Part shown: positions 12,930-27,062 of the stretch, one piece after another
Numbering within the stretch: position 1 is the stretch's first letter
Layout: each line of letters opens with the position of its first letter
Assembly (NCBI GenBank): GCA_964016885.1
Contig: OZ024741.1
Span: 92,256,001 to 92,320,000 of the forward strand
Direction: 5' to 3'
Origin: Eledone cirrhosa
Lineage: Eukaryota
Length of the DNA stretch: 64,000 nucleotides
Position numbers and translations under genes: made by a program
The notes under the pieces: model-generated
Database searches by the model: none
Told to the model about the DNA's origin: nothing
Seen by the model: the letters and a program-made list of their open reading frames with translations, nothing else

Positions 12930-13797
12930 TAATGGCCCAAATTATGAAAGTGACCGAAAGAGTTGTTACACCACTAATTAGGGAGAGTTTAACTAGATCA
13001 AATGTAGTTCAGTTTTGTACGAGGGAGGAGTACTATAGGTGCTCTCTTCATAGTGAGACAACTACAAAAGTAATTTATAGCTAGGAATAAGCCTCTGTAT
13101 CTAGCTTTTGTTTATCTAGAGAAGGCCTTTATCAGAGTACCATGATTTGTCATCTGGTGATCCTTAAGGAAACTAAGTGTAGAAGAATTGCCAGTGAGAG
13201 CTGTGCAAGCCATTTGCAAAGGAGATGTTAATAAAGTAAGAATAGGAAATGAATTAAACAAATAATTCAAAGTACAGGTAGGAGTGCATCAGCATTCAGT
13301 TCCCCAGGCCATAACAAAGGAGTATAAGAGAGGTTGCTGGAGGAACTTCTGTATGTTGGTGATCTGGTTCTTATAGCTGAATCTGCAAAAGAACTAGAGA
13401 ACAAATTCAAACTGTGGAAACAGAACTTAAAAACAAAAGAGCTGAGAGTAAACTTAGCGAAAACTAAAGTGTTGATAAATAGGAAAGAATACAAGGTCCT
13501 AATCCCATTAGGGAAATGACCTTGCTTGATATGCAGAAAAGGAGTTGGTAGAAACTCTAGATTATGTTTACAATGCAAATCTTGGGTACAGAAGAGGTGT
13601 AATTGGATAGCTGGTAAACGTTTGTATGTAACAGATGTTCAGGGAACATTAATTAGTAAGAATGTCAATGATATTCACTATTTTCAATCCTAGGTAGGAT
13701 CGATAGAAGTGGTTGTGATGAGAGAAGAGATGTTACACTGAAAAAACCCCATCCAACCCATGGAAGCATGAAATAGCAATCGTAAAATGATGATGAT
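12930..13797 (+). mobile_element. Degenerate RTE-clade RT fragment
   Basis: Broken frames give QFSFVRGRSTIGALFIVRQLQ, AFVYLEKAF and EELLYVGDLVLIAES...LRVNLAKTKV; ends in an (atg)n tail. Confidence 0.75.
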
Positions 13798-14128
13798 ATG
13801 TATATATATATATATATGTGTGTGTATGTGTGATTATATATATATATATTTTTTTTTTTTCCATCTTTTATTTTTCATTCTATCTTCTGATGGAGAACTA
13901 ATGCCCGAAATGTAAATACTCTTTTCCTACTATATCAAGCATTATACTAATATTTTATTTCATTGTATTGTATTGTTTACTTTATTGTTTCCATTTACCT
14001 TTTGCATTTAGTTTAACTATGACAAGTATTTTGGTATGATTACCAATCTGCAGATAATTTTCTTCGATTTGTCCCAGAAGCCCTGAAATAGTGGTTGTTG
14101 GAACTGCCTTTCCTCTTTGACTAAGTGA

Positions 14129-14466
14129 TTATCATCATCATCATCATCATCATCATACGTCCGCTTTTCCCTGCTTGCAAGGGTGGGACGGGAACTGATT
14201 TTGGCTTGATTTCTACAGCTGGATGCCCTTCCTAACACCAACTTCATTTACAGTGAGTGGTGGGTGCTTTTTTGCTGTGGCACCTCCATGACCACTTTTT
14301 CAGTGGAATGATAGGGAGCCCAGTCCAATCATCTCATTTCTACAGCTGAGTAAACTGGAGCAATGTGAAATAAAGTGTCTTGCTCAAGGAAATAACCCAG
14401 TCTGAGAATTGAACTCACAACCTTTCGATTGCAAGCCCAATGCTCTAACCACTAAGCCATGCGCCT
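14129..14466 (-). mobile_element. SINE family B copy
   Basis: Reverse complement of 4416-4760 with high similarity; (tca)n tail at 14129-14156. Confidence 0.8.
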
Positions 14467-14480
14467 TATATGTATGAATA

Positions 14481-14944
14481 TAGATTTAAGTTATTAGAAA
14501 TGTATTATTGATATATTGTTTTTACCTAGGTGATAATAATGTTTTATTACTTCTTCTGACAATTACACTTTATTAATATATTGTTCTATACACTACGAAA
14601 GACATATATATATATATATTTAACAACAACAAAAGGCCAGACTGGAAAATTTGCTTTAGAATTTTAATCCTGCAAAATCACTATACATATTTCAATGGCC
14701 CAGCTCCATCATTCAATCATGATGCAAGGCACTACCAAAGACATTTAACCTAATATATTCCTTCCATATACTGTACCGATTGTGTTGTTATTTCTGTTTA
14801 CCTTTTACATACATATATATATATCTTTGGTAGTGTACAGAATAATATATTAATAAAGTGTAATTTTCAGAAATAATAAAACACTGTTTGTGTCTTAGGT
14901 AAAAAAAATGATATCAATAATACATTGCTAATAACTTAAATCTA
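14481..14944. repeat. Inverted repeat, ~125 bp arms
   Basis: 14481-14604 pairs with 14822-14944 (tagatttaagttattag / ctaataacttaaatcta; aattacactttattaatatatt / aatatattaataaagtgtaatt). Confidence 0.85.
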
Positions 14945-15265
14945 GTGATTTCATCTTTCATGAGACTTACCAAGATATAAATTTACATTCACACATATAA
15001 TCACTTAGTCAGAGAAAGGGGAGTTCCCATAACCACTATTTCAGAACTTCTGAGACGAATCGAAGAAATTTATCTGCAGATTGGTAACCATACCAAAATA
15101 TTTGTCATAGTTAAACTAAATGCAAAAATTAAATGGAAACAATAAAGCAAACCATATAATACAATAAAGAAATATATTAGTTTAATACTTGATATAGTAG
15201 GAAAAGAGTCTTTACTAGCATGGAAAATGTGGACGTTAAGCAATGATGATGATGATGATATATAC

Positions 15266-15311
<46 letters not shown>

Positions 15312-15387
15312 GAAAACACATAACTATATATATATATATATCATCACCATCATCATCATTGCTTAATGTCCATATATATATATATAT

Positions 15388-15726
15388 AAAGTAAGTAGAA
15401 TTGAAGTCAGTGTTGCAGAGTATGTAGAAACTTTATTGCCATATTACAATTGTTCCAGTATCGATCAGCTGAGGGTATAATCATAATGACTGGGGCCCGA
15501 CTCTTCTTCGACATCTTATTCGACATCTAAGTTTATATGTGCAAAGATACATCCAGTTTAGATGTTTCTTTGTATATATAAACTCACATATCTGAGGAGA
15601 AGACTAAGAAGAGTCATGCCTCAGTCATTATGATTGTACCTGAGCTGATCAATATTGAAACGATTGTAATTTGCCAATAAAGTTTCTACATATGCTGCAA
15701 CACTGTCTTTGATTCTACTTACTTTA
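15388..15726. repeat. Long imperfect foldback (~165 bp arms)
   Basis: aaagtaagtagaat / attctacttacttt, atgtagaaactttattg / caataaagtttctacat, gactcttctt / aagaagagtc; (TA)n on the left. Confidence 0.85.
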
Positions 15727-15883
15727 TTTGCATCCTCCACACTACAGCTGCTTGCTGCCTTAACTCTGGAATACAACCCAACTCAAGAGGACCTTGTAAC
15801 AGGGTTGAGGGCTTTGAACAGTGTGTCGCCTGTAACTGTAGTTACACACATAACTAACACGTATATATATATATATAATATAG

Positions 15884-15929
<46 letters not shown>

Positions 15930-16046
15930 ATAATTTGCATATTACTGAGGAATGTTATGTGTATATGTAATTAACGAAAGATGTTAAATCATAAAGCAAG
16001 CAGATCAATTTGAAGCACATTTTGGGATATTACTATAGAGTCTATA

Positions 16047-16231
16047 GGGCGGTGGATTGGCAGTATCGGTAGAGGGTCGGACGCCATGCTTTCCAGCATA
16101 GTTACGTCCCTTTACGATCTGAGTTCAAATCCCGCCGAGGTTGACTTTGCCTTCCATCCTTACGGGGTCGATAAAATAAAGTACCAGTAATGCACTGGGT
16201 AATTGCTGGCCTTGTGCCTAAAGTAGAAACA
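16047..16231 (+). mobile_element. SINE family A, full-length reference copy with 15 bp TSD
   Basis: A/B boxes, Nin/Deu-like domain, tail ggccttgtgcctaaagtagaaacaatt; TSD attactatagagtct at 16029-16043 and 16232-16246. Confidence 0.9.
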
Positions 16232-16974
16232 ATTACTATAGAGTCTTCATTTCGGTTGTTAAACTCTCTAATGAAGAACATTTAGAACAGAGTTTTCCAA
16301 AATGTTTTAGACTCCCACCCCTTTTTAGAAAATGTATTTCATCAGCGCCTCCCTGCAAAGTTGTTCAAAATTTATTTGATGTAAATTTTAAAAATATAAG
16401 AATTATTATATATTTTATGCACAAGTACAGTGTGTAAATTGTTAGTGTTGGTACCATAAAAAAATACACCCAGTACCCTCTATAAAATGAAAGTGGTGAT
16501 GCCATGAAAAAATGCAAGCAGATGGGTTGGTGTGATCTGTCTTGCTCATATGTTCCATATTTAGCATGGTTTTAAATCATGACAACCCGTCCAACTCATG
16601 TCACCATGGAAAGCAGATTTAAAATGATCTTGATGATTGTGCCTTGACTCCTTGTATATCCAGAAATTTCAGTACTACATTAACTTTCATGTTATTGAAG
16701 ATCTTTTCGAATCTACACAGGCAATACAAATAGGCAACCTGTACTCTTTGGCTGTATTAGAGTGAATATGTGGTCTATTGTGCTGTAGTTTTTTTTCAAA
16801 AACCTGCTTGCTCCTTTCAGCTGCTGGTTGTTAAAATGTTTCGATAGTCAGATAACTATGACCTTTGTAAATAGCTTGTGGGGTGATTGTTTCTCAGATC
16901 TTCAGATCTGTCATCCTTCAATAAATTTAAGGGTTTTATTTAAGCATTTATTAAATAACAAAAGGTGACAGTTT

Positions 16975-17530
16975 TCATTTGGCGACCTCGGCCAAAATTG
17001 ACTCAACAATTGATCTCCAAGTGGGTCTGTCATTCATTGCTGTTGCCAAGTCCTGGATTTCAATATCAGAATCTCTGCACATGACATCGAGATAGGAGAA
17101 CTTGCACCCCCTGTTATTAGTGACTACTTGTGGTTTCCAGAGCACTAGTGGGGACACAGCCTCAGAGGTGGCACAATTGCAGTGGCCAACAAATCTTACT
17201 CTCCTTTTACGTACAACAACAGATATGCATGTGAGGCCAGCATATGTCAAAGTCAGATGTTGCCAGCTTATGTTCTGAATGCGTTGAAGTAGGTGAGTGT
17301 AGGTGTCATCAACATGCTTTTGTTGTTTGGATGAAAGCGTCCATGTTTCACTTCCATACAGTAAGATTGGTTGAATTGTTACTTGAAAGGGTCTGATTTT
17401 GGTTGAAAAGATTTGAGCACCAAACTCAATCCATCTTGTGAAAGCTGACCATGCTTGGGCTTTTCTGGTGGCAAAATCCTTCCCCGAGTCTATGATCCAG
17501 GACCCAAGATACTTAAAGACAGTTTTACAA
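16975..17530 (-). mobile_element. RTE-like LINE ORF2 C-terminal fragment
   Basis: FKYLGS, ILLYGSETWTL, RRVRFVGHC and AMNDRPTWRSIV are RTE C-terminal motifs. Confidence 0.75.
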
Positions 17531-17872
17531 GCAATTACTAATTTGTATTATTTGCTCCTTTCCTCCTTCACTCCTTGCCATTCAATGAGATTCCCCCTCT
17601 TGAACCCCATGCCTTCCAGTGCCTGCCCCTCTTAAGTCTCCCAGAGCTTTCTTTAGAAATCATTGATCCTGACTGGTACTTTAGTTCGTAACTTAGCAAA
17701 CTCTTGTTTTTCTTATCTAGAATCGATTTTTTAAATATTATTATTATTATTTTCTTGGAGTCTCAGTCATTGAGGTTATTTAACTGGAAAGTTTGTTCAA
17801 ATGACATCAAGCTACTACCTGCAGTATTCTTCTTCTTATTATTATTAGTAGTAGTGGTGGTAGTAGAAGGAG

Positions 17873-18065
17873 GTGGGCAGTGGATTGGTAGAATCATTAG
17901 AGCATTGAACAAAATGTCATGTGATATTTGATTATAACGCTTTGCCTTTCATCCTTCCCAGCTCGATAAAATAAAGTACCAGTAATACATTGGGGTCGAT
18001 TTAATCGACTTTCTCTTCCCTTCAAATTGCTGACCTTGTGCCTAAAGTAGAAACAATTATTAATA
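17873..18065 (+). mobile_element. SINE family A variant
   Basis: Head gggcagtggattggtagaatc, central domain and gaccttgtgcctaaagtagaaacaattatt tail. Confidence 0.75.
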
Positions 18066-18084
18066 TTATTATTGTTGTTGTTTT

Positions 18085-18119
<35 letters not shown>

Positions 18120-21100
18120 AACACACACAAGAAGAGTTACATTTATAAATCAGTTCATTAAATATATAAGTGTATGCATGTATGTGGGTATGTTGTGGCC
18201 AACACTAACAATACAAACTAGTCAATGAAAGGTTGTCACACGCCCCAATTTGTTTACTCTGCTTCAACATGCAGAACTCTAGATTATGCCAGCTCAAGGT
18301 TCCCTCGTGATCCTTTGTTGTTTTTCAATACCAACTTAGTCTTATGATTATGTTTTAAATTTATCTATTGTTTAATCATGAAGGGAGACTGGCAGTGGCC
18401 TTGACCTTTTATTTTTGTTTTTTAGAGCTGCCAAGGCTTGTTGTAAGAATTTATCCGCAAATAACTACTGACCTGGCCTGAATTTATGCAACAGGCTCTG
18501 TTAACTCTTTAGCATTTAAACCGGCTATATCTAAGACTACATTGAATAGTGTAATTTTAGATATGATACCTGAAAAAGAAGATAAGTTAGTCATGGCTGG
18601 AATACTTTTGATCATAGATGGGTCTGCTGAATCAGGGAGTATTCAAAACAGTACTGTAAACTAATCCTGCCTTCCAGTGATGAACTATACCACACTTTGG
18701 TGCCTATTTATTGTAAAGTGAACTGGGCTATTGATAATTAGCCCTTTCATTACAATATTTTTAATGAGAGACACTGTGTATGATTTTTTAATAATTTTGA
18801 AAATAATTTAGAATTTTAGTAAAACAACTTTCTCATTATTAAGCTAGTGTTTGGAGCATAATTTAACAAAAGCTCTTACATAAAACTATAATGGAAGGTT
18901 TTCAGATAAATATAAACACATTTTAATAAACAGTTTTGTATAATAGAACCAGTGGTGGTTTCAGACAGTTTGGTATCTAAAGGGTTAAGTGTCTTGTCAT
19001 GGAAACAATGTAGTTCTGGTGTCAGAATCTGAACTGTCAACCTCTTGGCTACTTGGCATTTCAACTATATCAAACATATTCAATATATTGTCAACTGTGG
19101 CATTTCAACTATATCAAACATATTCAAGATGCACTTTAAATTCCGATATCTATTTCACTATTGGAGGCCCTGCTATGTCACTGCCAAATTTTACAATTCT
19201 TATTGAAATCAGTCCTCATCTAGCAGACCCATCGTCAGAGATGTTCCAGCTTTGACCATCCTTTTGATTATATATATATTATTCAACATGGTCTCCATTT
19301 TTTAGAATGTAGGGCTATTTTTTCAGTTTTACATGAAAGATAGGATTTATATTTAGTTGAAACAAGGATTTCCATAGCTGGGTGTCTTTTCGTTGAGAAA
19401 CCACATAAGTGGAATTTGTTATCAAATACATTGTAGCAACCAAAGTTGAGTGTTTTACCCAGGAAAAAACCTAATGGTTGTAACAGCATGATTTCAACTG
19501 ATCACCTTCAATGTTGTCAAGTAGCTCAGCGCTTCACCATTAACCCTTTTGTTACCATATTGTTAATGATAGGCCATGCTTACAATTTTAAGATTATTGT
19601 GAAAATAATCAAGAATTTGTCATGGTTTATTTATCTAAATAATTCTCTTAAGGTTTTTAGATAAAGGTAAACACTTTAAAATAAATAGCTTAGTGTTATA
19701 GGACCAGGAGCAGTTGGGTGTCAAAAGGGTTATTTATATGAATGAACATTTACAGGTGTAACCACAAATATTTTATTGGTTATATATCTTTTTTAGATAA
19801 TTTTTACCTTCTCATGGAAAGGCAAGGTGTATGTAATTTGTGCAGGAAACTGTATAGTAAGATAGCATTTTTAACTGAAGTCTTCAGCCTCATGAAGTAT
19901 AGGAAAACAAATATACTCTTAACCAAATAGAAGGAAACCTCCATGTGAAAGTGGAAGATCAAGAAAGACATGGGCAGAGGTGATGAAAGCTGATTTTAAG
20001 AAACTACACCTCACAAAGAAGAAAGACAAGTGGAGAAATGCTGTAGTGGAGAAAATGTATCTTAACCGTGCAAGCATGGAAAAATGGATGTAAAAACCAA
20101 TGATGTTGATGGTGATGAGCCTGTTGACCTGTAACCAAACATGTTAATGGGAAGTTTAACTAAAGTAAAACCGCTCAACTAGAACACAAACCTAGCTTCA
20201 CTTGCTATGAACTTGCCACTATTTATTTATAGAGTGAACAATTATATTTGTGTATATCATCAGTTACCATTACACGGGTCACATAGGATGTTCCTTTTAG
20301 AGGATGATAGTACTTTGTTTAGTGTATGTGTATGTGTGTGTCTATTGTATGACAGTAATTACATGATACTTAATAAATCAGAGAGATGACCTTCATATAT
20401 GATGTCATTCATCTTCAGTTTGTGTGCCATCATTGGATCTAACTATATGAATCTTTCTCTGGATCAGTGACTTTCAAATAGTGTGCAACGAGATGTAACC
20501 AGGTGGACCATGTAAATTACATAGTTATATTTTTCAAAACTTAAAAAACAGAAATTAAAACATTCTAAATATAATGTTTTGATAATTATGCTTCATTTAT
20601 TCAAGAAAGAAATAAGTACTTAATAATTTTCTCTCATTACCATATGTCTAATGAAAAACACTGCCTGTAATTTTCAAATTATTTTGAAAATAATCATGTA
20701 TTTGGAGAGATTTACTAATATATCTAACGTTCTCATTATTAAGTTGGTAATTGAAGTATACTTTTACAAAAGTTCTTATATAAAATTGTGGTGGAAGGTT
20801 TTGTATGTTAGAATCAGGGGTAATTCCATGTGGCTTAGTATCAAAATGGTCAGATTATTTATAGGCTAAAATATATACTTTTTTCCTCTACATATAAACA
20901 GTTTTCAGTTTCTTTGCACTTGTGATCAAGAATCTTAACTTCATTAATATGTAATAAACATATGTTCATGTACGAAAGCACTTCTACTTACTTACCAGTA
21001 AATGATTAATACTTTGTTCACCTATGATAACACGACCATAGCTATAAAGTAAAATTAAGTAAAAAGCAAATTGATTTTTTAGGAAATGTTTACTTTACAG

Positions 21101-22439
21101 CAGGTATACTTTTATAGTCTGCAAAGGGTATTTGCTTTTGGGTGTGGTGTGTTAAGCCTTTTCAATTTAACAGGTTTAATTGGTAATGACACATAATTCA
21201 TTTCAATACTTTATTGAGCAATTTTAATAATCCTGACTAAACATTCTTTTTTTCATTCATCATGATTTTTCCTACTACAGCAATCTCCACATATGACATC
21301 TTCAAAATATATCGAGGAAAACTTAGTGCATATTATACATGAGAGATAAGTTTTTCCAAGATTTCATTGCTAATAATTTGGGGCGTGCATTATATAGAAA
21401 TGTGTAATATTATTGAAATAGATATGGTGGCTTTTTCTAAATTCATTTTTTTTTTACATTATGCACAAAGTGTGTCAAAATATTTTTATTTGCACTAAAA
21501 TGTACAACAACTAGAAAAAGTTTGGAAACTACTGATCTAGACTCTGAACTTCACTAAATATAATGGATGATCCACAAGGAGAAACAATGCCTCTGACTGC
21601 TTTGATCTCAACAATACACTAGCTTTACTACTGTTGTTTAGGCATTTGTGAATGTGTGTCTGTGGTTTTGTTTGTTTTGTAATTATTGTATTTTTGAAAT
21701 ATTCAGTGCCATTTCTTCTGTCCAACATTCCATTTTAGTTCCACTATTTTGGACCAATTTCAAAACTTATTCCAACTAAACTTACACTTACATTTACTTG
21801 AATTTTTTTAAAATCAAAAGTCAGATTATATATTTAATATCTAATCCCCAATTTCCATCACTTTTTCATTTTCAGTTTTGTTAACTTACTCTTGACTTAT
21901 GAAATGTTGAAATACCTTATAAATGTAAAATAATTGTAATTTCTTGTCATATGTTTAACAAACCCAACTTGATTAACAATGTTTAAGCTGGTATGCCCTA
22001 ATCTAATCTGGCTTGATCTGACCTGATTCAGCTACGTTTGTAATACTAATATTATATAAGAATGTAATTTAACTGCTGTTTCTCTCCACAATTGACAAAA
22101 AAAAAAAAGAAAACGATTTTTTGCATTTCTTGTCATATCATATATTATTTTAAAACCTTATTAATACCCTTGCCTCTGTTCTTAGTTTTAAACTCTGGTG
22201 TACTACAAGCATTCTAAGGCCATTCCCTCTACTAAAGCAGAAGTTAACTTTGCGGTCACCATGATAGACTTCATACTTATCATGACATCCTTTTTGAGGC
22301 AGTATCTTAAAGCAAGAAACTCTTTTTGACACCATCCCTTTTAGTCACTTTTACAATATGCAAGGATATAGTGTACCTACTCTAAACTGGATATCCACAG
22401 AGGAGTATTAATTCCTAGTGTATTTGTCAAAATACCTCT

Positions 22440-22810
22440 ATTGATGATAGCTACATTATATTATATGGTATAACATAACATGGGTATTGTTGATCTGTAT
22501 AGCTGGTAATTCAAATCTTTCAGTAAGTTAAAGACATCTATGGTTGCTGGTCTATAAATGTTAGCAGCAATACTATTCAAGAACTTTGTGATCCTGACAA
22601 TTGATCTCAAAGAGGTTCCTCTGCTCAGCATTGTGTGTCTGTTAACATTGTTCATTGGGTGACTCTTTAATCCAAGTAAACTTGACCAGATGATTATGTT
22701 GATGATGATCGTTAATTTCAATGGAGCAGTCTTTTTGATGTTGAGCCACATTCCAAATTGAATCTGAATTTCTCTGCCAAACTTGCCTGAAATCCAATCC
22801 TAATGGTTAT
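22440..22810 (-). mobile_element. Degenerate CR1-like LINE 3' fragment
   Basis: SLRSIVRITKFLNSIAANI...NLLKDLNYQL weakly resembles CR1 ORF2 C-termini. Confidence 0.35.
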
Positions 22811-24133
22811 GTTCTCCACAGAGGTTTCAAATCACAAATCAATTTAAGTTGAAGCCATTCTTCTACCTCAACTCTAATTGTAATATTGAACTTCTATTGG
22901 GGTAGCCATAGTTACATCTATGTAGTTAATTAGAGGTAAAAAATATTAGAGTGGATAAGTTGTTGCTCTTTTAGCTGAAATGATTAGTATTTCAAATTCT
23001 AATACTTGCACTCTGCAGTATCCCTGGCAAAGATACCTAACCCTCATTACTTCAGTCCACCTAGCTGTAATTAGATAGACACCTTGGTATGAGTGCAGCA
23101 TCCTGCTGTAAGCATAACCCTATATTATAAACCAGCGTTATCCTCCTAAGGGATGGAGAAGTTAATAGTGAACCTGTTGCTTTTCAAAGCTTTACAATTG
23201 TTATTCTTCAAAAATAACTAGAATTTGTCTACAACTCAATATGATTGTTAATCAGTGATGGCAGATCAATATACATATGTGTATATTATATAAATGTTTC
23301 TACTTTAGGCACAAGGCCAGCAATTATCCAGTACATTATTGGTACTTTATTTTATCGACCCCGTAAGGATGAAAGGCAAAGTTAACCTCGATATTTTATA
23401 TAATGTGCAGTAATTTGTGTAGTGTATTGTTCAGTTGCAACAATGCACTGCATATGAAACAGTAGATTTCTACATGTTATAGAAGCAATGTCATGTATTT
23501 TTTCAATGTTTCATTAATTTACATGAAATTTCCCTTTTCCTGGAAAAAATCCCCAACTCATATAATATTTTGTTGTTCTGTCACTTAGAAATAACCAAAA
23601 GTTTAGCCCTTTTATGACTGTATTTCTAATGAAAACATTCAATTTTAATTAATTAATGAAGAATTTTGAGGGATTTATTAAAATTATCAATTATTTCATT
23701 ATCAAGATAGTAATAATTTAATATATGGTTCATATATAAAATTATGTTGGAAGATTTTGATTTAAATAGGAAATTTTGAAAATGGGTGGTTTTGCTTCAA
23801 AGAACCACAGCTGGTTTTGGCCAGGTTGGTATCAAAAAGGTAACATTGGCTTATATTTTATACCATTTTGTTTGTCATTGATTTAATTTCGCCATGACTC
23901 GGTTTCAGTTTTATTATAATAATAGTTATAACTAATTTTTTTTTATATTTAAATACAATCCCTTCATGGTTTGTAAAAATGGAAGTTGATGCCTTAGGTC
24001 CTCTCCCAAGTGGTTTAATAAGGTACAATGGTTCCAGCCTTGGATTATATAAAAAAATAACAAAAAACAACAACATTTTTTCAAATCAAAATACAAATTG
24101 TAAACTTGATTCACAAATTTTATCACCCATTAT

Positions 24134-24166
<33 letters not shown>

Positions 24167-25438
24167 CATAAATTTGATAGTGATGCTGATTGTTAACAAT
24201 AAAACATTACAGATCATAATTACTCTGTGTTTTAAAATTAAAAGAAACATGATTTGATTTAACCACTGTGTTGAGTTAACCCAAGCCTGGTTTAGATGGT
24301 AGTTCAACCATCAATATTTATTTTTTTTTTCAAATTTGTCAATACAAGTTATATGGGAAACATAATTTGATTTGATCTCTGTCTCATCAATTATTTTTTT
24401 TCTTCATTTTATATATTCATTTATTTATTTGTGGATACAGTATGGCTGAATAGTTAGAGAGTTTGCTTTACAATCATAATGCCCCAGGTTTGAACCTAGT
24501 GTGGCATCTTGGGCAAGTATCATTTAAATAACACTCAGAAACCTTATGAGTGAATCTAGGTAGACTAACTGGATGCTCATTGGATGGACTATTTGTAATT
24601 CAAAGGGCCTTCCTTGTCACACACAATGTTAGACTGAATCTCTCCAATAACTGCATTAAGGGTACACACGCCTGTGGAATGCTCATCCACTTGCACATTA
24701 ATTTCATGAACAGGTTGCTCTGTTGATCAAACAACTGGAACATTCATCGTCGAAACTGACGAAGGTCCATTCCAATTTTCTTTTTTTTTAAAATCTGTTA
24801 ATACAAGTTTAAATTAACAGAACAACACTTTATTTGCATTATGTGAATGTTAAGTGTAAGCTTGAATATTTTTCTTTCCAATGGATCAGCTATGTTGTGG
24901 ATCTTATTCACCTAATTGGATATTTTCCCCACTTTTTAGTCAGGGAGGGAAGGGCAATGCCAATAAACCCCCCTCAGGGCCTCTAAAACTGGTGAGAGGA
25001 AGGATAGAAGGAATCTTTAAACTGAAACCTGGCCCCCATGCTTGCAACAGATTGGATTCTGCTGAGGGCCAGTTTGTGGCATTAAACCAGGCAAAGGATT
25101 AACTCTACCACCCAGATTGATCCTAATCAATGTAAATCTCTAAATTGATTTCCTCATATTAATGATCCACTGGATTTCCAATTTGAGTTTGCTAATTATC
25201 ATTGATTGATTCGCTGTGCAGATTTTCTTTTTTTTTTTTTTCTTTTTTTTTTACTGATGAGTCAGCTATGCCTGCCATTCTCTTCCTATGTGGTTAAGGA
25301 GTTTGCTTCACAGCCATGTGGTTTAAAGTTCAGTCTCGCTGCATGACACCTTAGGCAAGGGTTTTCTACTATAGCTTCATCCTGACCAATGCCTTCTAAG
25401 TAAAATTTGGTAGACAAAATCTGTGGAAGCTCATCATA

Positions 25439-25523
<85 letters not shown>

Positions 25524-26294
25524 AATAAGTACTGGGGTTAATATGATCAACAAAATCCTTTTGAGGCTGTGCCCACAAAGCTTTTCAGGTCCTCCAAACT
25601 ATACACCTGGCCTTAATGCTTGCTAAAGGCATCCATGGTGGATGATGTTAAATCAGTCACTTCACTGAAGACAGTGAGGGGGCAAAGACCTTTCAACAAA
25701 ATAGTGGGTTTTCATTAAATTTTACCTTTCCTTTTATTCAATCTTTGTAAATATTGGAATTTCTATGAAAAAATTTTTTTTAAAATTCAATTAAAACCTT
25801 TTTCCAATAATCTCTTATTATATTTAATTATATTTGTTGGTCCAGGAGGGGTGAGCAGATGGCCGTTAAGGTCAAACACTAGACTAAATGCCTTACAGTG
25901 TTTAGATCTGTTTGTCGCAGTTCTGAGTTCAAATCCTTAATCCTGCCACAAGAGTATCAGTAATTTACCAAGGCCAGTTCAGACACCTAAAAATAATTTG
26001 TTAAAACAAATCAGTAACTATTGTCAATAAAAATTGTTCAAAATCATCTTAATTTATGAAATTTGTATTCTGAAAGGGAAACATTTTGGAAAATTTGAGG
26101 AGAGAAAGAATGTGTGTGTGATTTAAAGTTACTTGAACAAAACTGATTTTGAGGAATGAAAACCCAGCATTTTTACTATATTGATGTAATAAGCACTTTA
26201 AAAGTTTCTGACAAGCTTTTAATTTACAGTTAAAGCCATTTTACTTCACTTTTATTGATAATACACTTGAGAAATGATGTGAATATTATAACAA

Positions 26295-26388
26295 TTATTT
26301 CCTCTAAAATATAGGGTCTTTCTTATAAACATTATTAATATGAATCAATAATATTTATAAGAAAGACCCTATATTTTAGAGGAAATAA
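26295..26388. repeat. Perfect ~35 bp inverted repeat abutting a SINE dimer
   Basis: ttatttcctctaaaatatagggtctttcttataaa at 26295-26329 and its reverse complement at 26354-26388. Confidence 0.9.
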
Positions 26389-26390
26389 TA

Positions 26391-26703
26391 ATCCCGCCGA
26401 GGTTAACTTTGCCTTTCATCCTTCCGGGGTTGATAGAATAAAGTACCAGTAATGCATTGGGTAATTGCTGGCCTTGTGCCAAAAGTAGAAACAATTATTA
26501 ATATGAATCAAGGGTGGTGGATTGGCAGTATCGGTAGAGGGTCAGACACCATGCTTTGCAGCACAGTTACGTCCCTTTACGGACTGAGTTCAAATCCCGC
26601 CGAGGTTAACTTTGCCTTTCATCCTTATGGGGTCGATAAAGTAAAGTACCAGTAATGTACTGGGTAATTGCTGGCCTTGTGCCAAAAGTAGAAACAATTA
26701 TTA
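26391..26703 (+). mobile_element. SINE family A tandem dimer (truncated + full)
   Basis: Two copies, each ending gaaacaattattaatatgaat. Confidence 0.85.
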
Positions 26704-26753
26704 ATATGAATTATAACTCAGGTGTAATTATATCTATATACTACACTCAGTGG

Positions 26754-27062
26754 CAAGGGTCAAGAACCTGTAACTCCAGAGCCACACTACCCAAGTGGCT
26801 CTGAATCACTGAATTTTTTTTTTTTTTTCAATTTTATTTTATTAAATCTACATTCTTGTATTAAAATCAAAGTCAGACATTGAAGCAATTTCAGTTAAGA
26901 TTCAAAGTATCAAAAATCGTATTAAGAAAGACATTAGCTAAATTCATGTGTGTTTTTTTTTTAATGTATTTTTGTTTATAATAAATTATGTGGCTCCAAT
27001 AGTCCCAATTATTGTTTTTAGCTAAAAATGGCTCTTCTGATTGAAAGGGTTTCCAACCCCTG
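26754..27062. mobile_element. Probable hAT (Charlie-like) MITE
   Basis: Imperfect TIRs caagggtcaagaacct / agggtttccaacccctg (CAGGGGT-type ends); 8 bp flanks ctcagtgg and ctccatga match at 5 of 8. Confidence 0.5.

Noticed and set aside
16047-16140. tRNA-like A/B boxes
   Set aside because: SINE head with no complete cloverleaf; not a tRNA gene.
25254-25290. CTGATGA motif
   Set aside because: No stem II, GAAA or stem I partner nearby; not a hammerhead.
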